From Eledone cirrhosa (taxonomy: Eukaryota), in NCBI GenBank assembly GCA_964016885.1, contig CAXHJY010000856.1:1-64000 (forward strand): a DNA stretch of 64,000 bases. Direction: 5' to 3'. The stretch's first letter is position 1. Each line of letters starts with the position of its first letter. The position numbers and the translations under genes were made by a program. Shown in pieces: positions 63,501 to 64,000 of the stretch. The notes below the pieces were generated by a model that saw only the letters and a list, made by a program, of their open reading frames with translations, made no database searches and was not told where the DNA came from.

Positions 63501-64000
63501 GTGAGATATTGGGAGGTAGTGTGTGAGATATTGGGAGGTAGTGGGTGTGATATTAGGAGGTAGTGTGTGTGTGAGATATTGGGAGGTAGTGTGTGAGATA
63601 TTGGGAGGTAGTGTGTGTGTGAGATATTGGGAGGTAGTGTGTGAGATATTGGGAGGTAGTGTGTGTGTGAGATATTGGGAGGTAGTGTGTTAGATATTGG
63701 GAGGTAGTGGGTATGATATTAGGAGGTAGTAGGCGAGATATTGGGAGGTAGTGTGTGAGTTATTGGGAGGTAGTGTGTGAGTTATTGGGAGGTAGTGTGC
63801 GACATATTGGGAGGTAGTGGGTGTAGTATTGGGAGGTAGTGGGTGTTATATTGGGAGGTAGTGTGTGAAATATTGGGAAGTGGTGTGTGAGATATTGGGA
63901 GGTAGTGTGAGATATTGGGAAGTGGTGTGTGAGATATTGGGAAGTAGTGTGTGTGAGATATTGGGAAGTAGTGTGTGTGAGATATTGGGAGGTAGTGTGT
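42520..64000. repeat. Giant intronic satellite, 22-bp unit GAGATATTGGGAGGTAGTGTGT, with higher-order structure
   Basis: Uninterrupted tandem array to the window end; 20/24/26-bp variants arise from changes in GT number. Confidence 0.98.

Noticed and set aside
42520-64000. CRISPR array or telomeric repeat interpretation
   Set aside because: No unique spacers or cas genes, eukaryotic context, and the unit is not TTAGGG-like

Overview
Eukaryotic, AT-rich and repeat-dense DNA. The SINE/RTE/Penelope repertoire suggests a cephalopod (octopus-like), which is an inference. The window holds the 3' half of a pecanex-family gene on the minus strand: 20 coding exons from 42457 down to the stop at 7486, 3264 nt (~1087 aa), with every splice phase consistent. 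One intron (34893-35854) has U12-type (minor spliceosome) signals. The introns carry two RTE-type LINEs with a PHD-like finger inside the RT, a Penelope-like element with inverted terminal repeats, a decayed CRE-like retroelement, DNA transposon relics (Tc1/mariner, Tigger/pogo, piggyBac-like MITEs), SINEs and minisatellites. From ~42520 to the window end the upstream intron is a >21 kb array of a 22-bp satellite with a 4473-bp higher-order repeat. The most notable unannotated signal is a set of at least seven type I hammerhead-ribozyme-like motifs, both canonical CUGANGA and U3-A8 variant cores. Several lie in long inverted repeats, and three are in the sense orientation of the pecanex pre-mRNA. 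All coordinates were read by eye; no alignment or folding was run.
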